63,605 nt of DNA from an uncultured Leptospiraceae bacterium. Lineage in GTDB: Bacteria > Spirochaetota > UBA4802 > UB4802. Below, in pieces: positions 42,671 to 52,329 of this stretch. The notes below the pieces were generated by a model. That model had not been told where the DNA came from. It saw only the letters and a program-made list of their open reading frames with translations, and did no database searches. The position numbers and the translations under genes were made by a program. Numbering within the stretch: position 1 is the stretch's first letter; each line of letters starts with the position of its first letter. The stretch is from NCBI GenBank assembly GCA_964629365.1, contig CAZVRB010000005.1:1-63605 (forward strand), in the 5' to 3' direction.

Positions 42671-44557
42671 ATGGCAACGGCAGTAATGTCAATAAACCCG
42701 CTTGTCGACACCAGGGACACTCGTTTTGTGCTTTTTGAAGCACTCGAGGTTGATAAGCTGACACAGTACGAGAAGTTCGCTGATTTCGACAGGGATATGT
42801 TTGAGGATGTTCTCAACCTGGCTGAAAAGATTGCAGTTGATGAAATATATCCGGCAAACATGGAAGGGGACAAGGAATCAGTTCAGTATGATCCTGAAAC
42901 AAAGCAGGTAAAAATTCCGGAAGCGTATAAACCTGCTCTTAAAGCATTTAATGAGGCCGGGTTTGTATCACTTTCAAATGACCAGGAAATCGGCGGCATG
43001 GGTATGCCTGATTCAATCGCGCAGTGCTGTACCGAGTATTTTACCGCTGCAAGTGTTGCTTTTTCAATGTACCCTGCTCTTACTATCGGTTCGATGAACC
43101 TGGTAAAAAATTTTGGTACAGACGAAATGAAGGAAAAGTTTTTGAGCAAGATGGTATATGGGGAGTGGGGCGGTACCATGTGCCTTACCGAACCTGATGC
43201 CGGCTCAGATGTTGGTGCACTCAAGACAAAGGCAGTTAAGCAGGATGATGGCACTTACAAAATAACCGGACAGAAAATATTCATCAGTGGTGGAGATTAC
43301 GATTCTGTTGAGAATATTATACACCCGGTACTCGCACGAATTGAAGGAGATCCACCCGGAACAAAGGGGATCTCAATTTTCATCGTGCCCAAGTTCAGGG
43401 TAAAGGATGATGGCTCACTGGGCGAATTGAATGATGTTGTATGTTCAGGTATTGAACACAAAATGGGAATAAAGGCTTCGGCAACATGTACCCTCAGTTT
43501 TGGTGATGATAATAATTGTATTGGATACCTGCTTGGAGAAGAGCGCAAAGGCATGAAGATCATGTTCCAGATGATGAACGAAGCGCGATTGTACGTAGGT
43601 CTTCAGGGACTTGCAGTATCAAGTGCCGCCTACATGCATGCTATCACCTACGCGAAAAACAGGGAACAGGGATCTGACGTGACTCAGATGATGAATCCTG
43701 ATGCACCCAAGGTTTCCATTATCAAGCATCCTGATGTGAAAAGAATGCTCCTGTACATGAAGTCATATGTTGAAGGCATGCGAATGCTTACCTATTACGC
43801 AAGTAATAATATTGACCTTGAACATGCACTTGATGGAGAAGCATCAAAAGAAGCTAAGGCCATTGTAGAAATTCTCATCCCTATTGTAAAGGCCGGTAAT
43901 ACCGATAATTCGTGGCGGGTTACCGCTGAAGCTATCCAGGTTTATGGTGGGTATGGCTTCTGTTCTGATTATCCCGTTGAGCAGTTCGCAAGGGATGCGA
44001 AAATACTTTCTATTTATGAAGGTACCAATGGTATTCAGTCAATGGACCTCACCATGAGAAAGATCCTCATGAATGCAGATCAATATAACTATTCAATCTA
44101 CAAGAAAAGAATCGCTGAAACCGTTGCAAAAGCAAAAGGGGTTGTTGACGATAAGTATGTGGAAGCAGTAGAAAAAGGTGTGGAAAAACTTGATACGGCC
44201 ATTAACATGATGAAAGAGCAGATGGCAGCCGGCAAGTTTCTGCATATATTTTCAAATGCCACACCGCTGCAGCAGGCAATGGTGATGCTGACACTGGCGT
44301 GGATGCATCTCTGGATGCTCACCCTGACTACACCCAAGATGAAAGAGCTGGTTGGCGACCTTAAGGGTGAAGAAAGAGATAAGCTTCTCACTGATAATAA
44401 CGAGGCCGCGTATTATTCCGGAAAAGTTCTCTCATCACAGTTTTTCATCGGTGCTGAATTCAAGAAATTTTTTGGCATGATCGACTACATAACCGACGGA
44501 GAAAGTGCCGTGGTGAAAGCGTCAGATCAAATCTTTACCGGCGCACCTGAAGAATAA
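42671..44557 (+). CDS. Long-form acyl-CoA dehydrogenase, copy 2
   Basis: Same motifs as copy 1; ATG 42671 follows CAGGAGG. Confidence 0.95.
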   Translation: MATAVMSINPLVDTRDTRFVLFEALEVDKLTQYEKFADFDRDMFEDVLNLAEKIAVDEIYPANMEGDKESVQYDPETKQVKIPEAYKPALKAFNEAGFVSLSNDQEIGGMGMPDSIAQCCTEYFTAASVAFSMYPALTIGSMNLVKNFGTDEMKEKFLSKMVYGEWGGTMCLTEPDAGSDVGALKTKAVKQDDGTYKITGQKIFISGGDYDSVENIIHPVLARIEGDPPGTKGISIFIVPKFRVKDDGSLGELNDVVCSGIEHKMGIKASATCTLSFGDDNNCIGYLLGEERKGMKIMFQMMNEARLYVGLQGLAVSSAAYMHAITYAKNREQGSDVTQMMNPDAPKVSIIKHPDVKRMLLYMKSYVEGMRMLTYYASNNIDLEHALDGEASKEAKAIVEILIPIVKAGNTDNSWRVTAEAIQVYGGYGFCSDYPVEQFARDAKILSIYEGTNGIQSMDLTMRKILMNADQYNYSIYKKRIAETVAKAKGVVDDKYVEAVEKGVEKLDTAINMMKEQMAAGKFLHIFSNATPLQQAMVMLTLAWMHLWMLTLTTPKMKELVGDLKGEERDKLLTDNNEAAYYSGKVLSSQFFIGAEFKKFFGMIDYITDGESAVVKASDQIFTGAPEE

Positions 44558-44582
44558 AAAAAGATATTTATAAATAAAGAGC

Positions 44583-44613
44583 AAGGCAGGCTGAAAAGCC
44601 TGCCTTTTTTTTT
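44583..44613 (+). terminator. Intrinsic terminator
   Basis: AAGGCAGGCT-GAAA-AGCCTGCCTT followed by a T-run. Confidence 0.88.
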
Positions 44614-44672
44614 GAGAAAAATAATGAATATATAAAACATTTTTCTGTAATGGTGAAAGTGTTAAATAACTA

Positions 44673-44721
44673 TTGACAAATGATATTACAATATTATGCA
44701 CATACTTGTGCAATATTACAA
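44673..44721 (+). promoter_or_regulatory. Putative promoter and operator of acyl-CoA dehydrogenase 3
   Basis: TTGACAAAT-N13-TATGCA; palindrome TGCACA-N4-TGTGCA (44697-44712) flanked by ATATTACAA direct repeats. Confidence 0.55.
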
Positions 44722-44766
44722 ATTTTATGTAAAAAAAATTCACTTTTAATCAAAATGGGGGTTGTC

Positions 44767-46638
44767 ATGGCGTTAAACAAGCTTGTTGATTCGAGAGATA
44801 TCCGGTTCGTATTATTTGAAATGCTTGAGACTGAGTCACTGCAATCTTTTGAAAAATTCGCGGATTATGACAGGGATATGTATGAAGATACACTTGCCCT
44901 TGCTGAAAAAATGGCAGTTGAAGAAGTATATCCTGTAAATTCAGAAAGTGACAAAACGGGAGTTACATATGATCCCAATACCGGCAAGGTCATCATACCA
45001 GAACAGTTGAAGCCGGCGCTTGATGCCTATAATGCCGCCGGGTTTGTGGCAATTAACGAAGATGTTGATCTTGGTGGAATGGGAATGCCTGTATCCATAG
45101 GTATGTCATGTAATGAAATATTTACAGCGGCAAGCCTGGCCTTTACCAGTTATCCAACTCTTTCAAGGGGGGCTGCCGAACTCATTAAAACTTTCGGAAG
45201 TGATGACCTGAAGGATGCCTACCTGGAGAAGATGCTTACAGGACAATGGGGAGGGACGATGTGTTTAACCGAACCCGATGCCGGCTCCGATGTGGGTGCT
45301 CTGAAGACAAAAGCAATACCACAGGATGATGGTACATACCTGATTCAGGGGCAGAAAATATTTATTACATCCGGTGACAATGACTATTATGAAAATATTA
45401 TTCATCCCGTGCTTGCGCGGATAGAGGGTGACCCGCCTGGTACCAAGGGAATATCAATTTTCATTGTGCCAAAATATCGTGTGAATACAGATGGCTCTGT
45501 TGGTGAATTAAATGACGTGGTGTGTTCGGGTATAGAGCATAAGATGGGTATTCACGCGTCAGCCACCTGTACTTTAAATTTTGGGGATAATGACAACTGT
45601 AGAGGTTATCTTCTCGGGCAGCCCCGAAAGGGTATGAGGATAATGTTTCAGATGATGAACGAGGCAAGGCTTGCTGTCGGCATACAGGGGCTTGCCCTCT
45701 CATCGGCTGCGTATATGCACGCAGCCACGTACGCGAAAAACAGGGTTCAGGGTGTAGACGTTACCCAGATGATGAACCCTGAAGCTGAACCGGTAACCAT
45801 CAGCAGGCATCCTGATGTGAAACGAATGTTGTTATGGATGAAATCATATGTTGAAGGTATGAGGATGTTGATCTATTCTCTTGCCAAAAATATTGATATC
45901 GAACACCTGGTTGAAGGTGAAGAGTCAAAAGAGGCTGCAGCCATAGTAGAAATATTAATACCCATTTGCAAGGCTGGATGTACTGACGCGTCGGTGAATA
46001 TCACCTCTGAGGCCATGCAGGTATATGGGGGATATGGATACACTTCAGATTACCCGGTTGAGCAGTATATGCGTGATTCGAAAATTACAACTATCTACGA
46101 GGGTACCAACGGGATTCAGTCTATGGATCTTACAATGAGAAAGATACTCATGAATCCCGACCTGTATAATTATTCCGTGTTTAAAAAACGCATGGCTGAA
46201 ACAATTGAAAAGGCGAAAGGAGTAGTTGATGACAGGTATGTTGATATGGTTGAACGGGGGGTTGAGAAACTGGATGAAGTAATAGCAATGCTGGCTGGAT
46301 TTATGAAAGAAGGGAAATTTCTTAATATCTTCGCGGCAGCTACCCCCCTGCAGCAGGCTATGTTCATGTTGTCCCTTGCATGGGTGCACCTGTGGTCGTT
46401 GACAATATCATTGCCTCAAATGAAGCAGAAGGTAGGCGAGGCAAAAGGTGACGAGAGAGAAGCAATCCTGGCAGGTGATGATGAAGCAGCGTATTATTCA
46501 GGTAAGGTTTTGTCGTCACAATTTTATCTTGGATCAGAATTTCCAAAATATTTTGGGAAAATAGAAGCTATATTATTTAATGAAACAGCGGTTAACAAGT
46601 TTTCAGACAGGCTTCTTTCCGGCACGCCAGAAGAATAA
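44767..46638 (+). CDS. Long-form acyl-CoA dehydrogenase, copy 3
   Basis: Same motifs; MALNKLVDSRD start aligns with the other copies. Confidence 0.95.
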   Translation: MALNKLVDSRDIRFVLFEMLETESLQSFEKFADYDRDMYEDTLALAEKMAVEEVYPVNSESDKTGVTYDPNTGKVIIPEQLKPALDAYNAAGFVAINEDVDLGGMGMPVSIGMSCNEIFTAASLAFTSYPTLSRGAAELIKTFGSDDLKDAYLEKMLTGQWGGTMCLTEPDAGSDVGALKTKAIPQDDGTYLIQGQKIFITSGDNDYYENIIHPVLARIEGDPPGTKGISIFIVPKYRVNTDGSVGELNDVVCSGIEHKMGIHASATCTLNFGDNDNCRGYLLGQPRKGMRIMFQMMNEARLAVGIQGLALSSAAYMHAATYAKNRVQGVDVTQMMNPEAEPVTISRHPDVKRMLLWMKSYVEGMRMLIYSLAKNIDIEHLVEGEESKEAAAIVEILIPICKAGCTDASVNITSEAMQVYGGYGYTSDYPVEQYMRDSKITTIYEGTNGIQSMDLTMRKILMNPDLYNYSVFKKRMAETIEKAKGVVDDRYVDMVERGVEKLDEVIAMLAGFMKEGKFLNIFAAATPLQQAMFMLSLAWVHLWSLTISLPQMKQKVGEAKGDEREAILAGDDEAAYYSGKVLSSQFYLGSEFPKYFGKIEAILFNETAVNKFSDRLLSGTPEE

Positions 46639-46675
46639 CAGTTGACCGACTGTCCAAATTTATTTTCAAAATGCG

Positions 46676-46720
46676 TTGACAAATATGTAAGGCATTATAT
46701 GTATTACATTAATACATATA
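46676..46720 (+). promoter_or_regulatory. Putative promoter and operator of acyl-CoA dehydrogenase 4
   Basis: TTGACAAAT-N13-TATGTA; perfect palindrome TATATGTATTA-CAT-TAATACATATA (46696-46720) over the -10. Confidence 0.55.
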
Positions 46721-46753
46721 ATGCCTGGTGGAACTTCTCACTAAATGAAAATT

Positions 46754-46784
46754 AGTCCAGGCGATACGCCTGGACTTCTATTTT
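46754..46784 (+). terminator. Terminator-like hairpin between the copy-4 promoter and its ATG
   Basis: AGTCCAGGCG-ATA-CGCCTGGACT followed by TCTATTTT. Confidence 0.55.
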
Positions 46785-46817
46785 ATAAAAAAAGAAAATT
46801 ACACAAGGAGGTTTCTC

Positions 46818-48689
46818 ATGGCTTTAAATCCACTTATTGATTCACGAGATTTACGTTTTGTCCTTTTTGAACTGCTGGAAGTGGATAAACTTTCGGATTA
46901 TGCAGAATACGCGGATTATGACAGGGATATGTACGAAGATGTACTCAACCTGGCTGAGAAAATGGCTGTTGAGGAAGTATATTCGGTAAACTCTGAAACC
47001 GACAAGGAAGGGGTGAAATATGATCCTGATAACAGGAAAGTCATCATACCTGAAGGTTTTAAAAAAGCCCTGGACGCCTATAATGAAGCCGGGTTTGTAG
47101 GTATCACGGAAGAACCTGAAATTGGGGGAATGGGCATGCCGGTCACAATTGGTATGTCGTGCAGTGAGTATTTTACCGCGGCAAGCCTTTCTTTTACTAC
47201 ATACCCGGGCCTGGCGCATGGAGCCGCGGCGCTCATTAAGAATTACGGCACTGATGATCTGAAAAACATCTATCTTGAGAAAATGCTATCCGGGAAATGG
47301 GGTGGCAGTATGTGTCTTACAGAACCTGATGCCGGTTCAGACGTTGGCGCGTTAAAGACAAAGGCTATTCCCAGTGATGACGGTACCTACCTGATACAGG
47401 GGCAGAAGATTTTTATCACTTCAGGTGACAATGATTACTATGAAAACATTATCCATCCCGTACTTGCTAGAATTGAAGGAGACCCCCCGGGAACCAAGGG
47501 AATCTCGATATTCATCGTACCCAAGTACAGGATAAAGGATGATGGTTCAATCGGTGAACTTAATGACGTGGTGTGTTCAGGTATTGAGCACAAAATGGGT
47601 ATCCACGCATCGGCCACCTGTACAATGAGTTTCGGTGACAACGGTGAATGCAGGGGCTATCTTCTTGGTGAAGCGCGTAAAGGTATGAGAATCATGTTCC
47701 AGATGATGAACGAGGCACGGCTTGGTGTTGCCATGCAGGGATTGTCACTTTCTACTGCCGGATATATGCATGCGGTCACCTATGCAAGGAACAGGGTGCA
47801 GGGAGTTGATGTTACCCAGATGCTTAACCCTGATGCACCAAAGGTAACCATAAGCCAGCACCCTGATGTCAAGCGCATGCTGCTGTGGATGAAGTCATAC
47901 GTGGAAGGTATGCGTATGCTGGTATATTACCTCTCGCATAATATTAATATTGCTGAACTGCTTGATGGGGAAGAGAAGAAAGAAGCAGAGGCAATGATGG
48001 AGATACTTATACCCATCTGCAAGGCGGGATGTACGGATTCTTCCCTTTTTGTTACTTCACAGGCAGTACAGGTGTATGGTGGATATGGTTATACAAATGA
48101 TTATCCTGTTGAACAATATCTCAGGGATTCAAAGATTACCGCCATATACGAGGGAACCAACGGGATACAGTCTATGGACCTCACCATGAGAAAGATACTC
48201 ATGAATCCAGAGCAGTATAATTACCAGGTCTGGAGAAAGCATGTGGCGGATTCTGTTGAGAAGGCCAGGGGAATAGTGGATGACAAGTACATCGACCTGG
48301 TAACCCGGGGCATGGAAAGGCTTGACGAAGTGATAGAAATGCTGAAAGAGTTTATGGCCGGTGGAAAATTTCTTCATATTTTTGCCAATTGTACTCCCCT
48401 CCAGGAGGCAATGTACATGATGTCACTTGCGTGGATGCACCTGAAAGCACTTACAATTGTTACTCCAAAGATGAAAGAGCTGGTAGGTGATACCAAGGGA
48501 GAGGACAGGGAAAAACTACTTAACGACAATGCTGAAGCCGCGTTTTACAGTGGTAAGGTGTTGTCCTCACAGTTTTATCTTGGTTCAGAATTTCCCAAGT
48601 ATTTTGGTAAAATTGAAGCCCTTTTATTCAACGAATCGGCAACTATCAAAGCATCAGATCCTGTGTTTACGGGTGCCCTTGAAGAGTGA
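46818..48689 (+). CDS. Long-form acyl-CoA dehydrogenase, copy 4
   Basis: Same motifs; ATG follows AAGGAGG. Confidence 0.95.
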   Translation: MALNPLIDSRDLRFVLFELLEVDKLSDYAEYADYDRDMYEDVLNLAEKMAVEEVYSVNSETDKEGVKYDPDNRKVIIPEGFKKALDAYNEAGFVGITEEPEIGGMGMPVTIGMSCSEYFTAASLSFTTYPGLAHGAAALIKNYGTDDLKNIYLEKMLSGKWGGSMCLTEPDAGSDVGALKTKAIPSDDGTYLIQGQKIFITSGDNDYYENIIHPVLARIEGDPPGTKGISIFIVPKYRIKDDGSIGELNDVVCSGIEHKMGIHASATCTMSFGDNGECRGYLLGEARKGMRIMFQMMNEARLGVAMQGLSLSTAGYMHAVTYARNRVQGVDVTQMLNPDAPKVTISQHPDVKRMLLWMKSYVEGMRMLVYYLSHNINIAELLDGEEKKEAEAMMEILIPICKAGCTDSSLFVTSQAVQVYGGYGYTNDYPVEQYLRDSKITAIYEGTNGIQSMDLTMRKILMNPEQYNYQVWRKHVADSVEKARGIVDDKYIDLVTRGMERLDEVIEMLKEFMAGGKFLHIFANCTPLQEAMYMMSLAWMHLKALTIVTPKMKELVGDTKGEDREKLLNDNAEAAFYSGKVLSSQFYLGSEFPKYFGKIEALLFNESATIKASDPVFTGALEE

Positions 48690-48696
48690 TGCAGAG

Positions 48697-48766
48697 GTTG
48701 TTGAGGTTAGTTGGATGTTGTTGAGGTTAAAAACACCTTTAGTACCTTAAATAACATCCAACTAAC
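48697..48766. repeat. Inverted and direct repeat between convergent genes
   Basis: GTTAGTTGGATGTT (48706-48719) / AACATCCAACTAAC (48753-48766); direct repeat GTTGTTGAGGTTA at 48697 and 48717. Confidence 0.75.
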
Positions 48767-48771
48767 GTTAT

Positions 48772-49218
48772 TTATTGTGGAAAGAGCTGCAGCAGTGCAT
48801 CAGGTATTGTAAGCTTTGCCTGCTTCAGCTTGTGTATGTGGCCGTACAACGGAGCGATGCATTCAAGGGTTATTGTGCCTTCATTCCTGATCTTTTTTAA
48901 AAAGTTTTTATTGCCGGCATTCTTTTTCAATGCAAAGGCATGATGTGCATCTTCGAAGCTGGCTTTTATGAACATGGTTAACATGTACCTGTCTTTATCT
49001 TCGTTGAATGTCCATGTGACAATCTCATCTGATATCTCATCCTGTATATCAGCGAAATCGAAATAAAGCAGCAAGTAGTTCTCCCCGCTTTTCAATAACA
49101 GGGATTGCCCCGCGTCATTGAAATAACTGTAAAGGTCGTTAAAGTTTTTATCACGGGGCAGCGGGTTGTCATATTCGATCTTATTATAAGCGGTTATTAC
49201 TGTTTTTGGTGACGGCAT
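48772..49218 (-). CDS. Hypothetical protein
   Basis: 148-aa ORF with natural composition, 22 nt downstream of the LysE gene; no family recognised. Confidence 0.6.
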   Translation of the reverse strand: MPSPKTVITAYNKIEYDNPLPRDKNFNDLYSYFNDAGQSLLLKSGENYLLLYFDFADIQDEISDEIVTWTFNEDKDRYMLTMFIKASFEDAHHAFALKKNAGNKNFLKKIRNEGTITLECIAPLYGHIHKLKQAKLTIPDALLQLFPQ

Positions 49219-49240
49219 GTGTGTATATCCCGGATAATTA

Positions 49241-49918
49241 TTACATAGACGAAATGAACGCTATGTGTACATTGAAAAGGATTGTTAACAGCTTCAGGAA
49301 AAAATATACAATAACAAATGTGAGCAATACCATAATAATTATGTTCATCCTGTCAAGTAGCTTATCTGAAAGAGATTCCTGTACCCTGTTCAACAGCAGT
49401 GCCACAAATGAGAGATATCCGCCAAGCCCGAAACAGCATGAAAGAAGAAATATGCTGCGGATACAAATTGTCATTTCATCAAACAGGCCAAGGTCAAGCA
49501 GCAGCCTGTATCCCACGATCCACCATACGATCATGCCCGGGTTTGTAATGGCAATTGTAAACCCGGTAAGAAAGGATGTTCTTTTTCTATAAGTAATATG
49601 GGGGGCATGTGCGGGTGGAATATGCCTGTGTTCACGGTATGATCGGTACAACAGGAAAGACAATACAATAACGCCAAGACTGTATACAATTATCTGGAAG
49701 TTTTTCTGCTGCAAAAAAGGTGCAAGACCGAACAGTACAAGTACCCCATAAATAAAATCAGATGTGACAGAGCCCATCGCAACAGAGATGGCTGGTTTCA
49801 GGTGCCCCCCGATAGCTTTCTTAATAACTTCAAGCTGAACGGCACCAACCGGTATAGACGATATAAATCCGATAAAGATACCATACAGTATCAACATTCC
49901 TATATGCGCATAAAACAT
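49241..49918 (-). CDS. LysE/RhtB-family exporter
   Basis: GFISSIPVGAV, G....D, GF.IAITNPG...W; six hydrophobic segments. Confidence 0.85.
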   Translation of the reverse strand: MFYAHIGMLILYGIFIGFISSIPVGAVQLEVIKKAIGGHLKPAISVAMGSVTSDFIYGVLVLFGLAPFLQQKNFQIIVYSLGVIVLSFLLYRSYREHRHIPPAHAPHITYRKRTSFLTGFTIAITNPGMIVWWIVGYRLLLDLGLFDEMTICIRSIFLLSCCFGLGGYLSFVALLLNRVQESLSDKLLDRMNIIIMVLLTFVIVYFFLKLLTILFNVHIAFISSM

Positions 49919-50069
49919 ATTATTGTCTCTAATCGTGAATTTAATACTAATGCGGGATTGTCCCGGGCCAACTGATGGGCTTGATGTACGATCCTATATT
50001 TATGGGTAAATGTCAAGTAAATGGTGGTTGTTTGCTGGTAAAAATAGAGCATGGATGGGGATCAAATTC

Positions 50070-50118
50070 ACCTCATTCCTTCTCCTCCCCCTTTAAAGGG
50101 GGAGGTTGGGAGGGGGTC
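50070..50118. repeat. Purine/pyrimidine-skewed palindromic element after btuB
   Basis: Perfect 22-bp palindrome CCTCCCCCTTTAAAGGGGGAGG (50084-50105) with CCT/GGGAGGGG flanks. Confidence 0.7.
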
Positions 50119-50132
50119 GTTCCAGTATCTTA

Positions 50133-52151
50133 TTACAATACTGCTTTCAGGCCGGCGTAGTATGAACGGCCAGGGGTGTTGTAGCCTATGGGGAATTCGT
50201 AGTCTTCATTAAGCATGTTCTCAATTCTGCCGAATACCTGTATTGATTCAAGCAGCCAGTAGGATGTAGAAATATCAATGGTATAGTATTCATCCATTTT
50301 AACATCCCTGGTGTCGAATATTGACTCATCGTACCACGCATCATCACGTTTACCCATGTAATTAATCCCAAGGTTGAGATTGCCACCTGGTAAAAACTTC
50401 CAGTTTGTGTGTAAGCTTCCCTGGTGACGGGGCCTTCGGATAAGGCGTTCATAGTTTTCCATGTCTTTTGCAATTGGTAAATAAGTATAGGCTGCATCAA
50501 AAGATAACGTATCAGCAGGTGCAAAATGCAAAGCACATTCTATACCTTTAGTAATTACTTCCTCCTTGTTGATATACTGCGTAAAGGCGTCATTGATATC
50601 GATTTTGTTTTTGTATTCAGTTTCGAAATATGATACTTCAAAAATGAATTTCCCATTCATTATCGGCTGGCTGATACCTATGTCCCACGTTATGCTGGTT
50701 TCAGGCTTAAGGTCAGGGTTACCAGTTGTATATGCGGTATCATATATCTGTGTCATTACAGGCGCCCTGAAGCCGGTTGCATAATTTCCTTTCAATCTCG
50801 TGTCAAGTAGTGGGGAAATTATACTGCCTGAAAGGCTGTAGGTTATTTCATTGCCAAATGTTTCGTGATCATTGTACCTGATCCCTGCTATGGCAAAAAT
50901 CCGATTCATCAACTTGAGATGATTCTGTATGTATGCGGCGCGTTCCCATATATCACGTTCGTCGAATTGATCTGTAGACGCGCCAAAACCTATATCCGAG
51001 TAGGTAGTTGAAGTGGTGCTGTTTTCCTGCATCTCGGCTCCCATGGTTATTTCATCAACATCTCCAATACTGAAGATGTGTTGCCATTCAGCCTTATGGT
51101 GTGTACCTTCATACCAGCTCTTTGTGAATTCTGAAGGTTCGGCATCGTCAGTTTTATCCTCGTAACGTCTTTCAATGTTCATATATGATAAGATAATTTT
51201 GTGTGACCACCAAATGAATAGTTCCTGGTCAAGACTGAGAGCCGAGGAAATCTGCTTTGAAGACTGTGCGTAGTTGGGATCATCATAGTATGCCCCGTCA
51301 TCAAGTTCAGCGTCAGCGTCGGTATATCGTAATACATGAGTGAGCCATGTTGAATCTGTAATACGGTAACCAGTACGGCCGGAAAATGTGGTGTTTGTGT
51401 AACCATCTTCGTCCATGTGCCCACTGGTTCCTGGTTCCCTTGCAGCGGTAGAAAACCCTTTGGTATCGATCCTGGCTATGCCAAAAGAGTAATGGGCATC
51501 GTCTGACCCGCCATTGACTGTAAGTGATTCTCTGAACGAATTATATGACCCGGCTTCGGCCTTCAGTGTTAATGATGGCTTTCCTTTCCCTTTTTTTGTG
51601 ATGATATTAATAATACCACCGGTTGCGTCTGAGCCGTAGAGTGTGCTCTGGGCGCCGCGAATTACTTCGATTCGTTCAATATTATCCGTGGTAAGGTTGG
51701 CGAAATCAAAACTCCTGTCAATTCCTGAAGGATCGTTTACTTCTACCCCATCGATTAATACCAGCATATTTTTTGAGTCGGCACCCCGTATGAATAGTGT
51801 TGATACTCCACCGGGTGCACCCTGACGGTATACGGTAAGTCCCGGAACACTGTGAAGTGCTTCAATAACACTGCGTTCACCACGATTTTCAAGTTGCTCT
51901 TCCTCTATAATGCTAATAGAAGCCCCCGTTTCCTTCGGGTCAATCTCAGTTTTGGTGGCGCTCACCACCACGTCATCAAGCCTGAACACTCTGCTCTTTG
52001 TTTTTTCTTTTTCCTGTGTTTCCTGTTCTTCTTCTTCGGCCGGGGCATCTTGTGCCCGAAGCAGTGATGTGCTGAAGGTGATAGTGAAGCACAAAATAAA
52101 TGTGAGAAAAACGTAAAAAGTAATTTTGTTGCGACGATTAAAACTGTTCAT
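50133..52151 (-). CDS. btuB: TonB-dependent receptor, BtuB-like cobalamin transporter
   Basis: Signal peptide, TonB box DDVVVSA, plug (IRGAD, LVLIDGV, IERIEVIRGAQSTLYGSDA.GG.INIITK), C-terminal YYAGLKAVL; cobalamin riboswitch upstream. ATG 52151 has AGGAGG. Confidence 0.9.
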   Translation of the reverse strand: MNSFNRRNKITFYVFLTFILCFTITFSTSLLRAQDAPAEEEEQETQEKEKTKSRVFRLDDVVVSATKTEIDPKETGASISIIEEEQLENRGERSVIEALHSVPGLTVYRQGAPGGVSTLFIRGADSKNMLVLIDGVEVNDPSGIDRSFDFANLTTDNIERIEVIRGAQSTLYGSDATGGIINIITKKGKGKPSLTLKAEAGSYNSFRESLTVNGGSDDAHYSFGIARIDTKGFSTAAREPGTSGHMDEDGYTNTTFSGRTGYRITDSTWLTHVLRYTDADAELDDGAYYDDPNYAQSSKQISSALSLDQELFIWWSHKIILSYMNIERRYEDKTDDAEPSEFTKSWYEGTHHKAEWQHIFSIGDVDEITMGAEMQENSTTSTTYSDIGFGASTDQFDERDIWERAAYIQNHLKLMNRIFAIAGIRYNDHETFGNEITYSLSGSIISPLLDTRLKGNYATGFRAPVMTQIYDTAYTTGNPDLKPETSITWDIGISQPIMNGKFIFEVSYFETEYKNKIDINDAFTQYINKEEVITKGIECALHFAPADTLSFDAAYTYLPIAKDMENYERLIRRPRHQGSLHTNWKFLPGGNLNLGINYMGKRDDAWYDESIFDTRDVKMDEYYTIDISTSYWLLESIQVFGRIENMLNEDYEFPIGYNTPGRSYYAGLKAVL

Positions 52152-52235
52152 GAAAAATCCTCCTGTGATGTGTTCATTTAATTTTCTGGAGTCAGGAGGA
52201 GGGTGGGAACGCATCGGGAAGTCGATTGATGTTAC

Positions 52236-52266
52236 AAACGAAAAAACACGCCTCAAGAGGCGTGTT
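52236..52266 (-). terminator. Intrinsic terminator in the riboswitch expression platform
   Basis: Minus strand: AACACGCCTC-TT-GAGGCGTGTT followed by T residues. Confidence 0.8.
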
Positions 52267-52329
52267 ATGGTTTGTCAGTATCAAATGATGCCTGATGCTA
52301 ACTGGTCCCATTCCTCGAGGATATCCAGT

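Noticed and set aside
40487-48689. Four acyl-CoA dehydrogenases as a mis-assembled repeat
   Set aside because: The copies differ at many synonymous and non-synonymous sites and have distinct intergenic regions.
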